Shown here: piece after piece, positions 1 to 9,509 of the stretch
Layout of the letters: each line of letters opens with the position of its first letter
Numbering within the stretch: the stretch's first letter is position 1
Assembly: GCA_963712235.1 (NCBI GenBank)
Contig: CAVQHC010000009.1
Coordinates: 137,086-201,085, forward strand
Length of the DNA: 64,000 nt
Reading direction: 5' to 3'
DNA from: an uncultured delta proteobacterium
GTDB lineage: Bacteria > Myxococcota_A > Polyangia > Polyangiales > Houyiibacteriaceae
Position numbers and translations under genes: made by a program
The notes under the pieces: generated by a model
Told to the model about the DNA's origin: nothing
Seen by the model: the letters and a program-made list of their open reading frames with translations, nothing else
Databases searched by the model: none

Positions 1-272
1 GGGTCGTAGCGCTGAAGACTCTCGAAGGGGTAGTCTACCGGGCTGACCGACGTGGAGCCTCCATTCTCCTCGTCGAGCAGGGATGCAAAGACGCTCGGGC
101 TGTCGAATCGCGGCAAGCAGAGCCAGTCGATCGCGCCGTCGGTTCGAACGAGCGCGGCGGAGAACCCGTCGCCAATCAATCCGTGGTCGGCAATCGTTAG
201 AGCCCGCGTGGATTGTTCGTCGGTGAAGACGAACGGCCGGTTGAGCCGCTTGGCCGCGCTATAGAGGTCCAT
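1..272 (-). CDS. glycoside hydrolase family 15 (glucoamylase/trehalase-like), N-terminal fragment; the gene runs off the window start
   Basis: My reverse-strand translation from the ATG at 270-272 reads MDLYSAAKRLNRPFVFTDEQSTRALTIADHGLIGDGFSAALVRTDGAIDWLCLPRFDSPSVFASLLDEENGG. The HGLIGDG...IDWLC.PRFDSPSVFA pattern is typical of GH15 N-termini. It is absent from the ORF track because it is partial. Confidence 0.7.
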   Translation of the reverse strand, partial: MDLYSAAKRLNRPFVFTDEQSTRALTIADHGLIGDGFSAALVRTDGAIDWLCLPRFDSPSVFASLLDEENGGSTSVSPVDYPFESLQRYD

Positions 273-328
273 TCGTTCGAGAGAATAGCAGATCGTGCGC
301 TTCGCAACGCACATGCTAGAGGCACGTC

Positions 329-1249
329 GTGCAGAGGCGAAACTCGAACTGGTCCCTGCCATTGACCCTGATCGCCCTGACCTTCGCGTCCACGCTATTC
401 TCCGGCGCGGTGCAGGTTCTTGGGGATATTCCCCGCTCACTAGCCCAGCTTGGAACCGGCTGGGCGTACTCCCTTCCACTCATGGCCATTCTCCTCGCTC
501 ACGAGTTCGGCCACTTCTTCGCGGGCAAGTACCACCGGGTCGACGTCTCCCCACCCTATTTCATTCCGCTCCCGTTTCTAGGCCTCGGCACCCTGGGGGC
601 GGTGATCCAAATCCGCGAGCGCATTCGATCTCGAAATGCATTGCTCGACATCGGGGCCGCAGGCCCCCTCGCCGGCATGGCGGTCGCACTCCCGGTCCTC
701 CTGTATGGACTTTCGAGCTCGCCGGTGGCGCCGGTTCCTGAGGGACCTCTGCTTCTCGAAGGCCATTCGCTTCTGTACCTTGCGCTGCTCTATGTGCTCA
801 AGGGCCCCATTCCCGAGGGGTACGACATCATGCTCAACCCGACCGCGTTTGCCGGTTGGGTCGGCCTGCTCATCACCATGCTCAACCTCATCCCGTTCGG
901 CCAGCTCGACGGCGGCCACATCGGCTACGCGCTTCTGGGTCGCCGACAAAATCGGATCTCCCGGCAGGTCATAAGGCTGCTGCCCCTGGTCGCCGTCCTG
1001 GTTGGCGCCGCGTACGGGATACCAGCTTACCTTCAGGGTATTCGCGGTGAGGCGCTGGGGCATGAGGTTGCTGCTGGCCTGTCTTGGCTGTTCTGGGCAC
1101 TGCTCCTGTGGCTACTCACGCGCGCGACCGGCGCCGGTCACCCGCCCACCGACGACCCGTACCTCTCCCCTCGCCGCCGACTCGTTGGCTGGTTAACCCT
1201 TTTGCTGTTCGTCCTGTTGTTCATGCCCTCCCCGATGCGGCAGCAGTAG
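329..1249 (+). CDS. site-2 protease family (M50) membrane zinc metalloprotease
   Basis: HEFGH zinc motif (LLAHEFGHFFAG) and a second conserved motif NLIPFGQLDGGH, in a polytopic hydrophobic protein. GTG start. Confidence 0.85.
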   Translation: MQRRNSNWSLPLTLIALTFASTLFSGAVQVLGDIPRSLAQLGTGWAYSLPLMAILLAHEFGHFFAGKYHRVDVSPPYFIPLPFLGLGTLGAVIQIRERIRSRNALLDIGAAGPLAGMAVALPVLLYGLSSSPVAPVPEGPLLLEGHSLLYLALLYVLKGPIPEGYDIMLNPTAFAGWVGLLITMLNLIPFGQLDGGHIGYALLGRRQNRISRQVIRLLPLVAVLVGAAYGIPAYLQGIRGEALGHEVAAGLSWLFWALLLWLLTRATGAGHPPTDDPYLSPRRRLVGWLTLLLFVLLFMPSPMRQQ

Positions 1250-1289
1250 GAAATTTCACCGGAGGGCAGGAATTCCTTAGGTTCGGCTC

Positions 1290-2894
1290 ATGCGCCCCAA
1301 GCTCGGTTCAGGCCTCCTTCTTTGCGTCTTCGCCGCCATTCTTGGTACGTCTTCCACTGCTCAGGCCTGGACCCGTACGGTGGTCAAAGGCGCTCGCGCG
1401 ACGGTGAATATCGAGCGCGATGCGACGCTGAGCATTCTTCTTCGGCTGGACGTCGAGGTTCATGCTGGTTGGCTGCACGAGCTCGAGCTCGTCGACCTGG
1501 GAGACGGTGTCGAGCTCGATCGCTATCGGCCTCCGTACTTCCGTTCAGAAGAAGGCGAGATCTTTCGCCCGGAGGCGGAGGTTCTCGACGACGGCCGGAT
1601 ACATCTCTCATTTCCGAGGAGAGACGCGCCTCGGAGAGGCGAGTACCGGGTGTTCATGCGATACCGAATCCGAGGCGACGTGCGCGCCATCGAGGACACG
1701 GACCAGGCGCGTGTCGTCTGGTCGGTGCCAGCCTGGGAGACAGGCCTGCATGACGTCTCGGTTCAGATCCGCGCACCCAAGGGCTCCTCGGTTCCCAGCG
1801 AGTTCTCCGACACCCCGCCCGGTGTCGACTTCCAGGTCTCGGAGCACTCTGAACGAACGGTCGTCGAGTGGCGGCGAATTCATCTTCCGCGACTGACCGC
1901 GTGGCCGCTGACGCTCGACCTTCCCCGTGACGCGCTCGACCTTCCCTCGTCGGCGCCGGATGCGCCCACCCCAACGGGCTTTGTTCCTCTGAGCAACCCC
2001 GAAGAACGCCCGATCGTCTGGACGCTGCTTCTGGTGGGGATCTTGGTGCTCCTGAAGCGAAAAGCGGTTCAGGTTCGCATGGGATCGAATGCGCTTCTCG
2101 TTCGTTCGTCCTGGGTCTCCGTACTTGCAGTGAGCGTCATCGTGCTTGCCATCGGTCAATGGCTCTCGCCGAGCTACCTCTTTTGCGCGGCTCCGCTCAT
2201 TGCCTTTGCGCTGCACCGTCCGGTCCGCTGGACGGCTGCGCCGCCACACCACGATTGGCGCCCTGTTTTCGCCAAAGAACTGCCCAAAACCGAAACCCGA
2301 GCGAGCGAGCTGCTCGATGCGACGAACACGACCGGTCTCGCAGTCCTGCTCGCCAGCGGTACCTGTCTGATCGCGCTCGGTGAACCAACCGCCGCCCTGC
2401 TCCTCTTGCCGGTGTTTGTGACGGGCACTCGATACCACATGCCGCCAACTGCTTCGAAAGCAACCGATGCGCTCCGCCGCTTCGCGTTGGAGCTGAGCGT
2501 GCCCGCCGAGGCCCCGGAGATGTCGTTCTCTTGGGAGCTATCGGCGGACGAAGCACCTCGGCTCCGAGCTCACCTACCGACCCACCGCGCCGGTCTCATT
2601 TCGCTGAGCTTCGTGCTTGCCTCGAGCCACGTCGGCTTCGTCCTTCGACGACAGGTCATGCTGCTGGTTCAAACACGGGCTCAATCGGACGCCGACGATC
2701 TGGTACGCCGCCGCACGAAGGGCGAACCAGACCTCCGCGGCCCCAACGGCAGCATCGTCCGACTGGTGGACTGGGATTTTCAGGCCATCGAGTTGCTGCG
2801 CGTGCTGGCTCACAAGGCCCCGAAGCCGATCAAGGCCTCGCGCGGCACCTGGCTGCTCCGCGAAATCTCCGAGCCTGGACGGAAAGCCGCGTAA
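1290..2894 (+). CDS. hypothetical exported/membrane protein
   Basis: ATG followed by a signal-peptide-like N-terminus (LLLCVFAAILGTSSTAQA-W) and several internal hydrophobic segments. I recognise no family. Confidence 0.6.
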   Translation: MRPKLGSGLLLCVFAAILGTSSTAQAWTRTVVKGARATVNIERDATLSILLRLDVEVHAGWLHELELVDLGDGVELDRYRPPYFRSEEGEIFRPEAEVLDDGRIHLSFPRRDAPRRGEYRVFMRYRIRGDVRAIEDTDQARVVWSVPAWETGLHDVSVQIRAPKGSSVPSEFSDTPPGVDFQVSEHSERTVVEWRRIHLPRLTAWPLTLDLPRDALDLPSSAPDAPTPTGFVPLSNPEERPIVWTLLLVGILVLLKRKAVQVRMGSNALLVRSSWVSVLAVSVIVLAIGQWLSPSYLFCAAPLIAFALHRPVRWTAAPPHHDWRPVFAKELPKTETRASELLDATNTTGLAVLLASGTCLIALGEPTAALLLLPVFVTGTRYHMPPTASKATDALRRFALELSVPAEAPEMSFSWELSADEAPRLRAHLPTHRAGLISLSFVLASSHVGFVLRRQVMLLVQTRAQSDADDLVRRRTKGEPDLRGPNGSIVRLVDWDFQAIELLRVLAHKAPKPIKASRGTWLLREISEPGRKAA

Positions 2895-2898
2895 CGGG

Positions 2899-3462
2899 CT
2901 AGCGCGCGACGCGCGCTGCGAGTGGCGCCAAGACCTGATCAACCTGCTTGAGCTCTCGAATCACGTCTTCTTCGTCGAAGTCGATCTCGTCGATCAATGC
3001 TTCGTGAACCGCGTCGTAGAGCCAGGTGCTCGATTCGGGATCCTCGATAGAGTGCGCGGCTTCGTATCCCTGCTGATTCAGAGTCGGAAATTTCTTGGCG
3101 ACTTGCTCGAGAACGGTGACCCGATCTCCGAGATAAGCATGCATCGCATCGAGCTCGTCGGAGAGCGGATCGAACATCTCCGGCGAGACCTGCGCGTGCT
3201 TGGCGAACGCCTCGGAAGACCGCTTGCGCAAGTCGCTCAACACGAGCCGAATCAGAAGTACGTCCCCCAGATGACGGAGCACTCCCCGAACGCCCGGAAT
3301 GGCCCCGCTCGAGAAAATCACGTGGAGAAGCGCACCGGCCGCAGCGATTCGGCTCTCATCGTCGACGTCGGGGTCTTCGACGATCCGCAGGACCGATTTC
3401 AGATCCTGACTGAATCGAATCAGCGCTGGGGTCATCAACTCGACGAAGCGTTCGCGCGACAT
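2899..3462 (-). CDS. hypothetical acidic protein (187 aa), immediately downstream of the TSP3-OmpA gene
   Basis: Clean ORF. Its ATG (3460-3462) lies 1 nt from the stop of the upstream gene (3464-3466), which implies co-transcription. I recognise no family. Confidence 0.55.
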   Translation of the reverse strand: MSRERFVELMTPALIRFSQDLKSVLRIVEDPDVDDESRIAAAGALLHVIFSSGAIPGVRGVLRHLGDVLLIRLVLSDLRKRSSEAFAKHAQVSPEMFDPLSDELDAMHAYLGDRVTVLEQVAKKFPTLNQQGYEAAHSIEDPESSTWLYDAVHEALIDEIDFDEEDVIRELKQVDQVLAPLAARVAR

Positions 3463-3463
3463 A

Positions 3464-5515
3464 TCACCTCGGCACCAGAGAACGGCCGCGCGGGCATGTT
3501 ACCTCAACTCCGGTGGGCCCGGTGTCGGTTTCGATGATCTTGAACTCCACGCGCCGGTTTCGTTCCCAAGCCTTCGCATTGTGATTGGGGTCGACGGGGC
3601 ATCGTTCGCCGTATCCACCAGACCGCAGCCGCTCCTTGAGAACGCCCCGTTCGATCAGCGCAGTCATGACGGAGGCCGCGCGGGCCCGCGTCAACTTGAT
3701 GTTGTAGCCGTCGCCGCCCCTCTCGTCGGCATGGCCCTGAATCTCGACCAGGGTGATCTGGGGGCTCGCATTCAGCGTTGCGGCGACCGCATCGAGCAGC
3801 GGGAAGCTGCGCGGCTTGATGATCGCGCTGTCGGTCTCGAAGTAGACCTTCTCTAGAATCGTGATCTGCGTGTCTTCGAGGATCACCAGGCCCTTGTCCG
3901 GGCAGCCATCCTCGTCTTCGTGACCGTTGTAGGTCTCCGGGTCATTCGGACAGGCATCATCGACATCGAGAATCCGGTCGCTGTCGTTGTCGAGATCCGG
4001 ACAGCCATCTTCGTCCTGGAAACCGTCGAAATCTTCGGGGTCATTCGGGCAGAGATCCTTCTCGTCGGGAATACCGTCGCCGTCGTTGTCGGGGTCCGGG
4101 CATCCGTCCTCGTCTTGAAAGCCGTCGAAGTCCTCCGGCTCATCTGGACAGTCGTCGACCGTATCGGGAATTCCATCCCCATCACGGTCGCCCTCCCTGC
4201 CCTCCGGGCAGCCGTCTTCGTCGCGATCCCCGTCGTAGTCTTCCTTGACCAAGGGACAGGCGTCATCCACATCGAGGATTCCGTCGCCGTCGTTGTCGAG
4301 ATCGGGACAGCCATCGCGATCCTCGAAGCCATCCTTGTCTTCCGCTTCATCGGGACAACCATCATCGTCGTCGGGGATCCCGTCTTTATCGCGGTCCCCG
4401 ACGGCCGGCTCGTAGACGATTCCGAGCGTCGCGCGAACGTCGGCCGCTTCAAAGCCGGTTTTTGGAATCCCTGCACCAGCCGCGATGAACAGGAAGCTCT
4501 TGTTGGTGACGAAGTACTTGAACCCGCCGAGAACTTCCATGGAAAGGGTGCCTTTGGTACCAATTTCACGCGCGATTTGGCTTCCGTAAAACTCCACGAT
4601 GAAGTCGAGCGAGTTGGCGATGCGGAAGGCTGAACCGAACCCGAACGTGATGAGGTCGTCATAGGTGAACCGTCGGCCGGCGCTGGCTACGTCGACCGGA
4701 GCGATCGCGACGTCGTTTAGATTGTCAATTGGGTTGGTGCTCGGATCCGAACGCCCGTCCCAGATGAAGCTCGCGCCCTGGCCGGAGGTCCATCGATAGC
4801 CGCCTTCGAGCGCGAGTCGGATTTTTTCGATCGGCTGAAACTCGAACACGGCCGTGGGCCAAAGAGAGTAGCCCGGCTCCCCAGCGAACTGCGTCGACTT
4901 GGCCGTCGGGAAACCCGCTCGCAGCGTCACCGCAATGCCCGCCGGGAACTCCCCGAGGTTCAGCAGGCGCGCCTTGGCAACGATGGTCAGGTCGCCTACC
5001 CCCTGTGACCGCAAGCCGCCGGCCTGGTAGTTGAAAAGACAACCGGCGGACGTTGCACCGGTGCAGGTGCCGCCGCGATCCGGGGTCTGTACGGCGTCTC
5101 CCCGAAAGAACGTAATCGGAAGCTGGATACCGAGTATCAACCGGTCGAACAGACCGTAACTAAACATGAACGTCCCGGTGAACGCCTGCTTGGCGATTCG
5201 GTTCTGTCGCGCGGCGGTGTCAGCCTCGCCTTGCGGGTTGTTCACGAAGCCGTTGTACCGAAGGATGCCGAAGCCCGCGTCGAGCACGAGCCCGAAGCTG
5301 AAATCCTTGTGAGGCATGACCTCGCTGCCGTTGACGCTGAAGTACCCTCGCGAATCGACGGCTGGTCGAAACAGGTGCAGGTCCATGCCGCCGTCGGTGA
5401 GGGTCGCCACCTGGGCCTGGGAGCCGCTCGGGAGAACCCATGCCCCCAAGATCAGCGCCGTCGCCCATACCGACCACGCGGCCGAAACCCGCTTCCCCTG
5501 TGTTCCCCCAAACAC
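3464..5515 (-). CDS. OmpA-family outer-membrane protein with an N-terminal barrel-like region, thrombospondin type-3-like acidic repeats and a C-terminal OmpA_C peptidoglycan-binding domain
   Basis: Signal peptide (ALILGAWVLPSGSQAQ). Ten Cys-Pro-anchored D-rich repeats (e.g. DNDGDGIPDEKDLCPNDPEDFDGFQDEDGCPD). C-terminus VYFETDSAIIKPRS...IQGHADERGGDGYNIKLTRARAASV...NRRVEFKI is a typical OmpA C-terminal domain. Confidence 0.85.
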   Translation of the reverse strand: MFGGTQGKRVSAAWSVWATALILGAWVLPSGSQAQVATLTDGGMDLHLFRPAVDSRGYFSVNGSEVMPHKDFSFGLVLDAGFGILRYNGFVNNPQGEADTAARQNRIAKQAFTGTFMFSYGLFDRLILGIQLPITFFRGDAVQTPDRGGTCTGATSAGCLFNYQAGGLRSQGVGDLTIVAKARLLNLGEFPAGIAVTLRAGFPTAKSTQFAGEPGYSLWPTAVFEFQPIEKIRLALEGGYRWTSGQGASFIWDGRSDPSTNPIDNLNDVAIAPVDVASAGRRFTYDDLITFGFGSAFRIANSLDFIVEFYGSQIAREIGTKGTLSMEVLGGFKYFVTNKSFLFIAAGAGIPKTGFEAADVRATLGIVYEPAVGDRDKDGIPDDDDGCPDEAEDKDGFEDRDGCPDLDNDGDGILDVDDACPLVKEDYDGDRDEDGCPEGREGDRDGDGIPDTVDDCPDEPEDFDGFQDEDGCPDPDNDGDGIPDEKDLCPNDPEDFDGFQDEDGCPDLDNDSDRILDVDDACPNDPETYNGHEDEDGCPDKGLVILEDTQITILEKVYFETDSAIIKPRSFPLLDAVAATLNASPQITLVEIQGHADERGGDGYNIKLTRARAASVMTALIERGVLKERLRSGGYGERCPVDPNHNAKAWERNRRVEFKIIETDTGPTGVEVTCPRGRSLVPR
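3896..4399 (-). repeat. in-frame coding repeat array (TSP3-like DxDxDG...CP units) inside the OmpA-family gene
   Basis: Protein residues about 373-540 contain 10 CP-anchored acidic units. The repetitive GA/TC-rich DNA also generates the spurious 259-aa and 237-aa ORFs on both strands in the track. Confidence 0.8.
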
Positions 5516-5545
5516 CTTGCCTCAGTCTGTCACGGGCAGAGCCCA

Positions 5546-6877
5546 TTAATCAACGATTCTGCGCCCCTGCGTCACTTCGAGGCCAACATCGGGCGGTACT
5601 CCGGGGTCCTGGGGTTGTCCGGGCACCGTGGGCTTGGATTCTCGCTTGGAATCTGCCTTGGGATTCCGCTCGGCCGCCCGGACCCTGCGCATGAGGCGTT
5701 TGGCGTCGGAGCGCTGCTTGGAGGTGATCTCATCGAGGTCGAGGACGAGCATGGCTTCGCGACGCACCCGTTCGAAGTCCGTTGCCTCGAGCGCGCGCTC
5801 CGCTTCGCTGATGTGCGCCTGGGCGTAGCGATACCGGATCTCCCCGAACTCCGGTGTTTCTCGCAGAACGCTGTCAGCGGGCAGGTCGTTCGCAATGGCG
5901 TAGGCCTCGTCGATTTCTCCGCCCGCCAGGGCCTGTCGGGCCTGGACAAGTCTGTCCTCCCACTCCTGAGGCTCTTCGATCACTTGGCCGTCTGTGTTCC
6001 CAGCCGCGCTGACAACTCGTTCAGGTTGGGCTTCGACGACTGGAGGCAATGCGGCGGCAACGACTGGAGGAGGCTCTGAAGGAGCGATACGCTCAGGCGT
6101 GTTGCGCATCGTCGTGAGCACCGCGCCAGCCCCGGCGAGCAGCGACAAGCCGATCACCGAAACAGCAATCCCCGCCTTGCGCGACGACGCGGGGGGACCG
6201 TCAGACACGGTTTCGAAGGGAACCGGGTCCAAGCTTCGAGCGCCCTCGGGCGGCACGAACCGGAATCGAACCCGGCCGAGCTCGAGGATATCTCCGGCTT
6301 CGAGCACGGCGCGCGACACGGGCACGTCATTGACCCGCATCCCATTGGCGCTGTCGAGATCAAATATGGTCACGGTGCCGTCCTGCAATTGAACTTCCGC
6401 GTGCTCGTGCGAGATGGACTTGTCGTTGATCCAGATGTCGAGGCGTTCGTCGCGGCCGATTCGCAGCACCGGTTTCCTCAAACTGAACTCTGCGCCTGTC
6501 ACGGGATCGCTGAGCACGATCAGCCTGGGAGGTGGTGCGCTCTGGGGCTTCGGCACGCGCGCAGGGATCGTCTTCGACGCCGCGGGCGCGTCGGATTGAA
6601 ACGCGAGATCGTAGTCGCCAATCCCTAGCTGATCGCCGATGGCTAACTCCGCCTTTTCGTCGATTCGCTCACCGTTGACCGTGACGCCGTTGTACGAGCC
6701 GAGATCCTCCACAACGTAAGCTTCATTACGTTTCAGCAGGCGTGCGTGACTCCGAGAGACGTTTCGCTCGGTGAGCCGAATGCTGTTCCCGTCCTGTCGA
6801 CCGATTGTGATCTCGTCGCGCAATAGCGGTACGACGGTCGTGTGACCTTTGTCGTCCGAGATGACGAGCTTATACAT
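5546..6877 (-). CDS. double FHA-domain protein with one transmembrane segment and a C-terminal helical/TPR-like region
   Basis: Two FHA-like modules (ITIGRQDGNSIRL...VSRSHARL...DLGSYNGVTVNG and LRIGRDERLDIWI...ISHEHAEV...DLDSANGMRVND), then the hydrophobic segment IAVSVIGLSLLAGAGAVL. I chose the internal ATG at 6875-6877 (MYKLVISDD); the upstream 57 codons of the track ORF look non-coding. Confidence 0.8.
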   Translation of the reverse strand: MYKLVISDDKGHTTVVPLLRDEITIGRQDGNSIRLTERNVSRSHARLLKRNEAYVVEDLGSYNGVTVNGERIDEKAELAIGDQLGIGDYDLAFQSDAPAASKTIPARVPKPQSAPPPRLIVLSDPVTGAEFSLRKPVLRIGRDERLDIWINDKSISHEHAEVQLQDGTVTIFDLDSANGMRVNDVPVSRAVLEAGDILELGRVRFRFVPPEGARSLDPVPFETVSDGPPASSRKAGIAVSVIGLSLLAGAGAVLTTMRNTPERIAPSEPPPVVAAALPPVVEAQPERVVSAAGNTDGQVIEEPQEWEDRLVQARQALAGGEIDEAYAIANDLPADSVLRETPEFGEIRYRYAQAHISEAERALEATDFERVRREAMLVLDLDEITSKQRSDAKRLMRRVRAAERNPKADSKRESKPTVPGQPQDPGVPPDVGLEVTQGRRIVD

Positions 6878-7011
6878 CGTTCCAGCCCAAGAGCAGTTTC
6901 CGCTACAGTTTCGAGGGGTTGAGCGAATGGTACCTCGGTGGGCCCTGGTGTCAATCTTGCCTCGGCGAAGGTTTGCGCTCCCGCAGAACCCGGCTATGCC
7001 CCTGCCCGAGG

Positions 7012-7365
7012 ATGGGCCCGCAATCTCGAACAGCCGCTGCGCTCGCACTGGGCTTCGCTTTTCTCGCCTCCTGCGGGGGCGCTGGGCGAGGACAGCCTGC
7101 GGGCGGGATTCACGCCAAGCTCGGCTATTCAGAGGGCGGAGGCCTTCGCGTCGTCGAGGCGCCGGCAGGGGGAGCAGCGGACCTCGCAGGCATCCGAACA
7201 GACGACGTGATCATCGCGATCAACGAGGCTTCGGTCCGAGAGCTCGACTATGAGGAAATCGTAGAACGACTTCGGGGACCGGTGGGTTCGACGGTTCGGC
7301 TCGAGGTGTTCCGCGCAGGTGAGGTAAACACCGTGGTCGTCATGCGACAGGCCTACAGCCGATGA
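7012..7365 (+). CDS. small PDZ-domain lipoprotein
   Basis: An internal ATG gives MGPQSRTAAALALGFAFLASCGG (lipobox-like LASC). PDZ-like core GLRVVEAPAGGAADLAGIRTDDVIIAINE...GSTVRLEVFR. Its stop overlaps the mtnP start (ATGA). Confidence 0.7.
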   Translation: MGPQSRTAAALALGFAFLASCGGAGRGQPAGGIHAKLGYSEGGGLRVVEAPAGGAADLAGIRTDDVIIAINEASVRELDYEEIVERLRGPVGSTVRLEVFRAGEVNTVVVMRQAYSR

Positions 7366-8234
7366 GCGAGACGCAGCGCACGCTTGGCGTCATCGGAGGC
7401 AGCGGGCTCTACGAGCTCGAGCAGCTGGCGAACGTCGAAGTATTGGAAATGACGACGCCGTTTGGGGCACCCTCCGACTCGATCGTCACCGGTACGCTCG
7501 GAACCACGCGCTTGCTCTTCGTTCCCCGTCACGGCCGCGGGCATCATCTCCCCCCGCACAAGGTAAACTACCGGGCGAACGTCCTCGCGCTCAAAATGGC
7601 CGGCGCCGAACAGATCCTCAGCATCTCGGCGGTGGGCTCGATGAAAGAGCATATCCACCCGGGCGACATGGTCGTCGTCGATCAGTTCATCGACCGGACG
7701 CGAAATCGTATTGATACGTTCTTCGAGGATGACGGCGTGGTGGCGCATGTCGGGTTCGCGGACCCGATCGACGCGCAGCTCGCAGCGGCACTGAGCGATG
7801 CGGCACAAAGGGTCCACGCGACGGTGCACCGAGGGGGCATCTACTTGAGCATGGAGGGCCCGCAGTTTTCCACCCGAGCCGAATCCGAGCTGTACCGGTC
7901 TTGGGGCGCATCGGTCATCGGGATGACAAACCTCCCCGAAGCGCGCCTCGCGCGAGAGGCGGAGCTGCCCTACGCGACGCTCGCAATGGTGACGGACTAC
8001 GACTGCTGGCACGAGGTGCACGATGCGGTTTCGGTCGAGTCCGTGTTGGCGGTGATGCACACGAACGTCGCGAAAGCCAAGGAAATCATACTGGAGCTGG
8101 CGCGATCGGTGCCCGATCCAGCGAACTGCCCTGCCAGCTCGGCGCTTGCAGGGGCGATCCTCAGCCACCCCGATTCGCTCTCGGAGGCCGCCCGTGAAAA
8201 GCTGTGGCCCCTCATCTGCAAATACGTACCCTGA
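7362..8234 (+). CDS. mtnP: S-methyl-5'-thioadenosine phosphorylase
   Basis: LGVIGGSGLYELE...FVPRHGRGHHLPPHKVNYRANVLALKMAGAEQILSISAVGS...GMTNLPEARLAREAELPYATLAMVTDYDCW matches the MTAP/PNP family throughout. Confidence 0.9.
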   Translation: MSETQRTLGVIGGSGLYELEQLANVEVLEMTTPFGAPSDSIVTGTLGTTRLLFVPRHGRGHHLPPHKVNYRANVLALKMAGAEQILSISAVGSMKEHIHPGDMVVVDQFIDRTRNRIDTFFEDDGVVAHVGFADPIDAQLAAALSDAAQRVHATVHRGGIYLSMEGPQFSTRAESELYRSWGASVIGMTNLPEARLAREAELPYATLAMVTDYDCWHEVHDAVSVESVLAVMHTNVAKAKEIILELARSVPDPANCPASSALAGAILSHPDSLSEAAREKLWPLICKYVP

Positions 8235-8242
8235 AAGCCACT

Positions 8243-9136
8243 ATGTCATCGCTTCTCGTCGTCGGTTCCGTCGCTTTCGACACCATTCACAATCACCTCG
8301 GCTCGCACGAGCGGGTTATCGGTGGGTCGGCCACCTACGCTTCTCTCGCGGCAAGCCAGCTCGCTCCAGTCCGGCTCGTCGGCGTGGTAGGCAAGGACTT
8401 CCCCCGGGAAGCGGTCGACATGCTCCGGGGCCACGGCATCGATACCACTGGCCTCGAAGTCGCGAACGGAGAGACGTTCCATTGGGAAGGCCGTTACTCG
8501 GACGACCTCACGTCGCGCGAAACCATCAAGACGGACCTCAACGTTTTCGCCGATTTCAACCCCAAGATTCCTACGGCGTTCCGCGACTCCGAGTTCGTCA
8601 TGCTCGGCAACATCGCGCCTCAGCTACAGCTGCACGTGCTCGACCAAATTGAAAACCCGAAGCTCGTCATCGCCGACACGATGAACCTCTGGATCGACAC
8701 CGCGCTCGATCCGCTCAAGCAAGTGCTCAAGCGGGTCGACATCCTCGTCATCAACGAAGAAGAGGCGAGACAGCTCACGGGCTTTCACCACCCGCTCGCC
8801 GTTGCCGAGGCCTTGCGCACCTTCGGTCCGGAGACCGTCATCGTGAAGCGCGGCGAATACGGCGCATTGCTCTTTCTCGAAGAAGACATCTTTTGCGCGC
8901 CGGCCTACCCGCTCAAGGCGGTGGCCGATCCGACCGGCGCCGGCGACTCGTTTGCCGGCGGCTTTCTGGGCTACCTCGCAGAGAACGGTCACACCGACCT
9001 TCGCCAGGCCGTCATCTGTGGCTCCGCTACCGCGTCGTTCTGCGTGCAGGACGTTGGCACCGGCGCGCTCCAGGACCTGAGCCGCGATCACCTCGAGAAG
9101 CGAATCCACGACTTCCGTGAGCTCACCTGTTTCTAG
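8243..9136 (+). CDS. PfkB/ribokinase-family carbohydrate or nucleoside kinase
   Basis: MSSLLVVGSVAFDTI... N-terminus and the ribokinase-family anion-hole/catalytic motif DPTGAGDSFAGGFLGYL. Start chosen at the internal ATG at 8243. Confidence 0.8.
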   Translation: MSSLLVVGSVAFDTIHNHLGSHERVIGGSATYASLAASQLAPVRLVGVVGKDFPREAVDMLRGHGIDTTGLEVANGETFHWEGRYSDDLTSRETIKTDLNVFADFNPKIPTAFRDSEFVMLGNIAPQLQLHVLDQIENPKLVIADTMNLWIDTALDPLKQVLKRVDILVINEEEARQLTGFHHPLAVAEALRTFGPETVIVKRGEYGALLFLEEDIFCAPAYPLKAVADPTGAGDSFAGGFLGYLAENGHTDLRQAVICGSATASFCVQDVGTGALQDLSRDHLEKRIHDFRELTCF

Positions 9137-9198
9137 CTCGCCGTTTTCTTGACCCTGGCGGCGCGAAACCGACACTGCGGTCTTAGGAAGGAACGGCT

Positions 9199-9441
9199 AT
9201 GAACCTAGACGAGCTCAAGGTAACCCTTCGCGGCCTCGTGCGAAAAACGATCGAGACCCGCTTCAGCGGAGCCAATTACGCCACCCTGGCCCAGGCCCGC
9301 GGTTACGCCGACGGCTACATGCGCGCTCTGCTCGACGCCGGCCTAATCGACCAGAAACAGCTGCTCGGGCTCGTCAACGCCGAGCGCCGCCTCTTCGTCG
9401 ACGAAGCGGGCAAGGCCAGCGGCGCGACGCGGGCGGCCTAG
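9199..9441 (+). CDS. hypothetical small protein (80 aa)
   Basis: ATG preceded by aggaaggaacggct (Shine-Dalgarno-like). I recognise no family. Confidence 0.45.
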   Translation: MNLDELKVTLRGLVRKTIETRFSGANYATLAQARGYADGYMRALLDAGLIDQKQLLGLVNAERRLFVDEAGKASGATRAA

Positions 9442-9509
9442 CGCGTCCCTGGGCTGCGCCCACTTGCGTACTCGGATGCTCCAGAACCGGGGCACGCAGG
9501 AGAACCCGC

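Noticed and set aside
3896-4399. Repetitive DNA (also 12915..12956) as a CRISPR or non-coding repeat array
   Set aside because: The repeats are in frame within clear protein genes (TSP3-like units; ESPQ linker). They lack constant-length unique spacers, and no cas genes are present.
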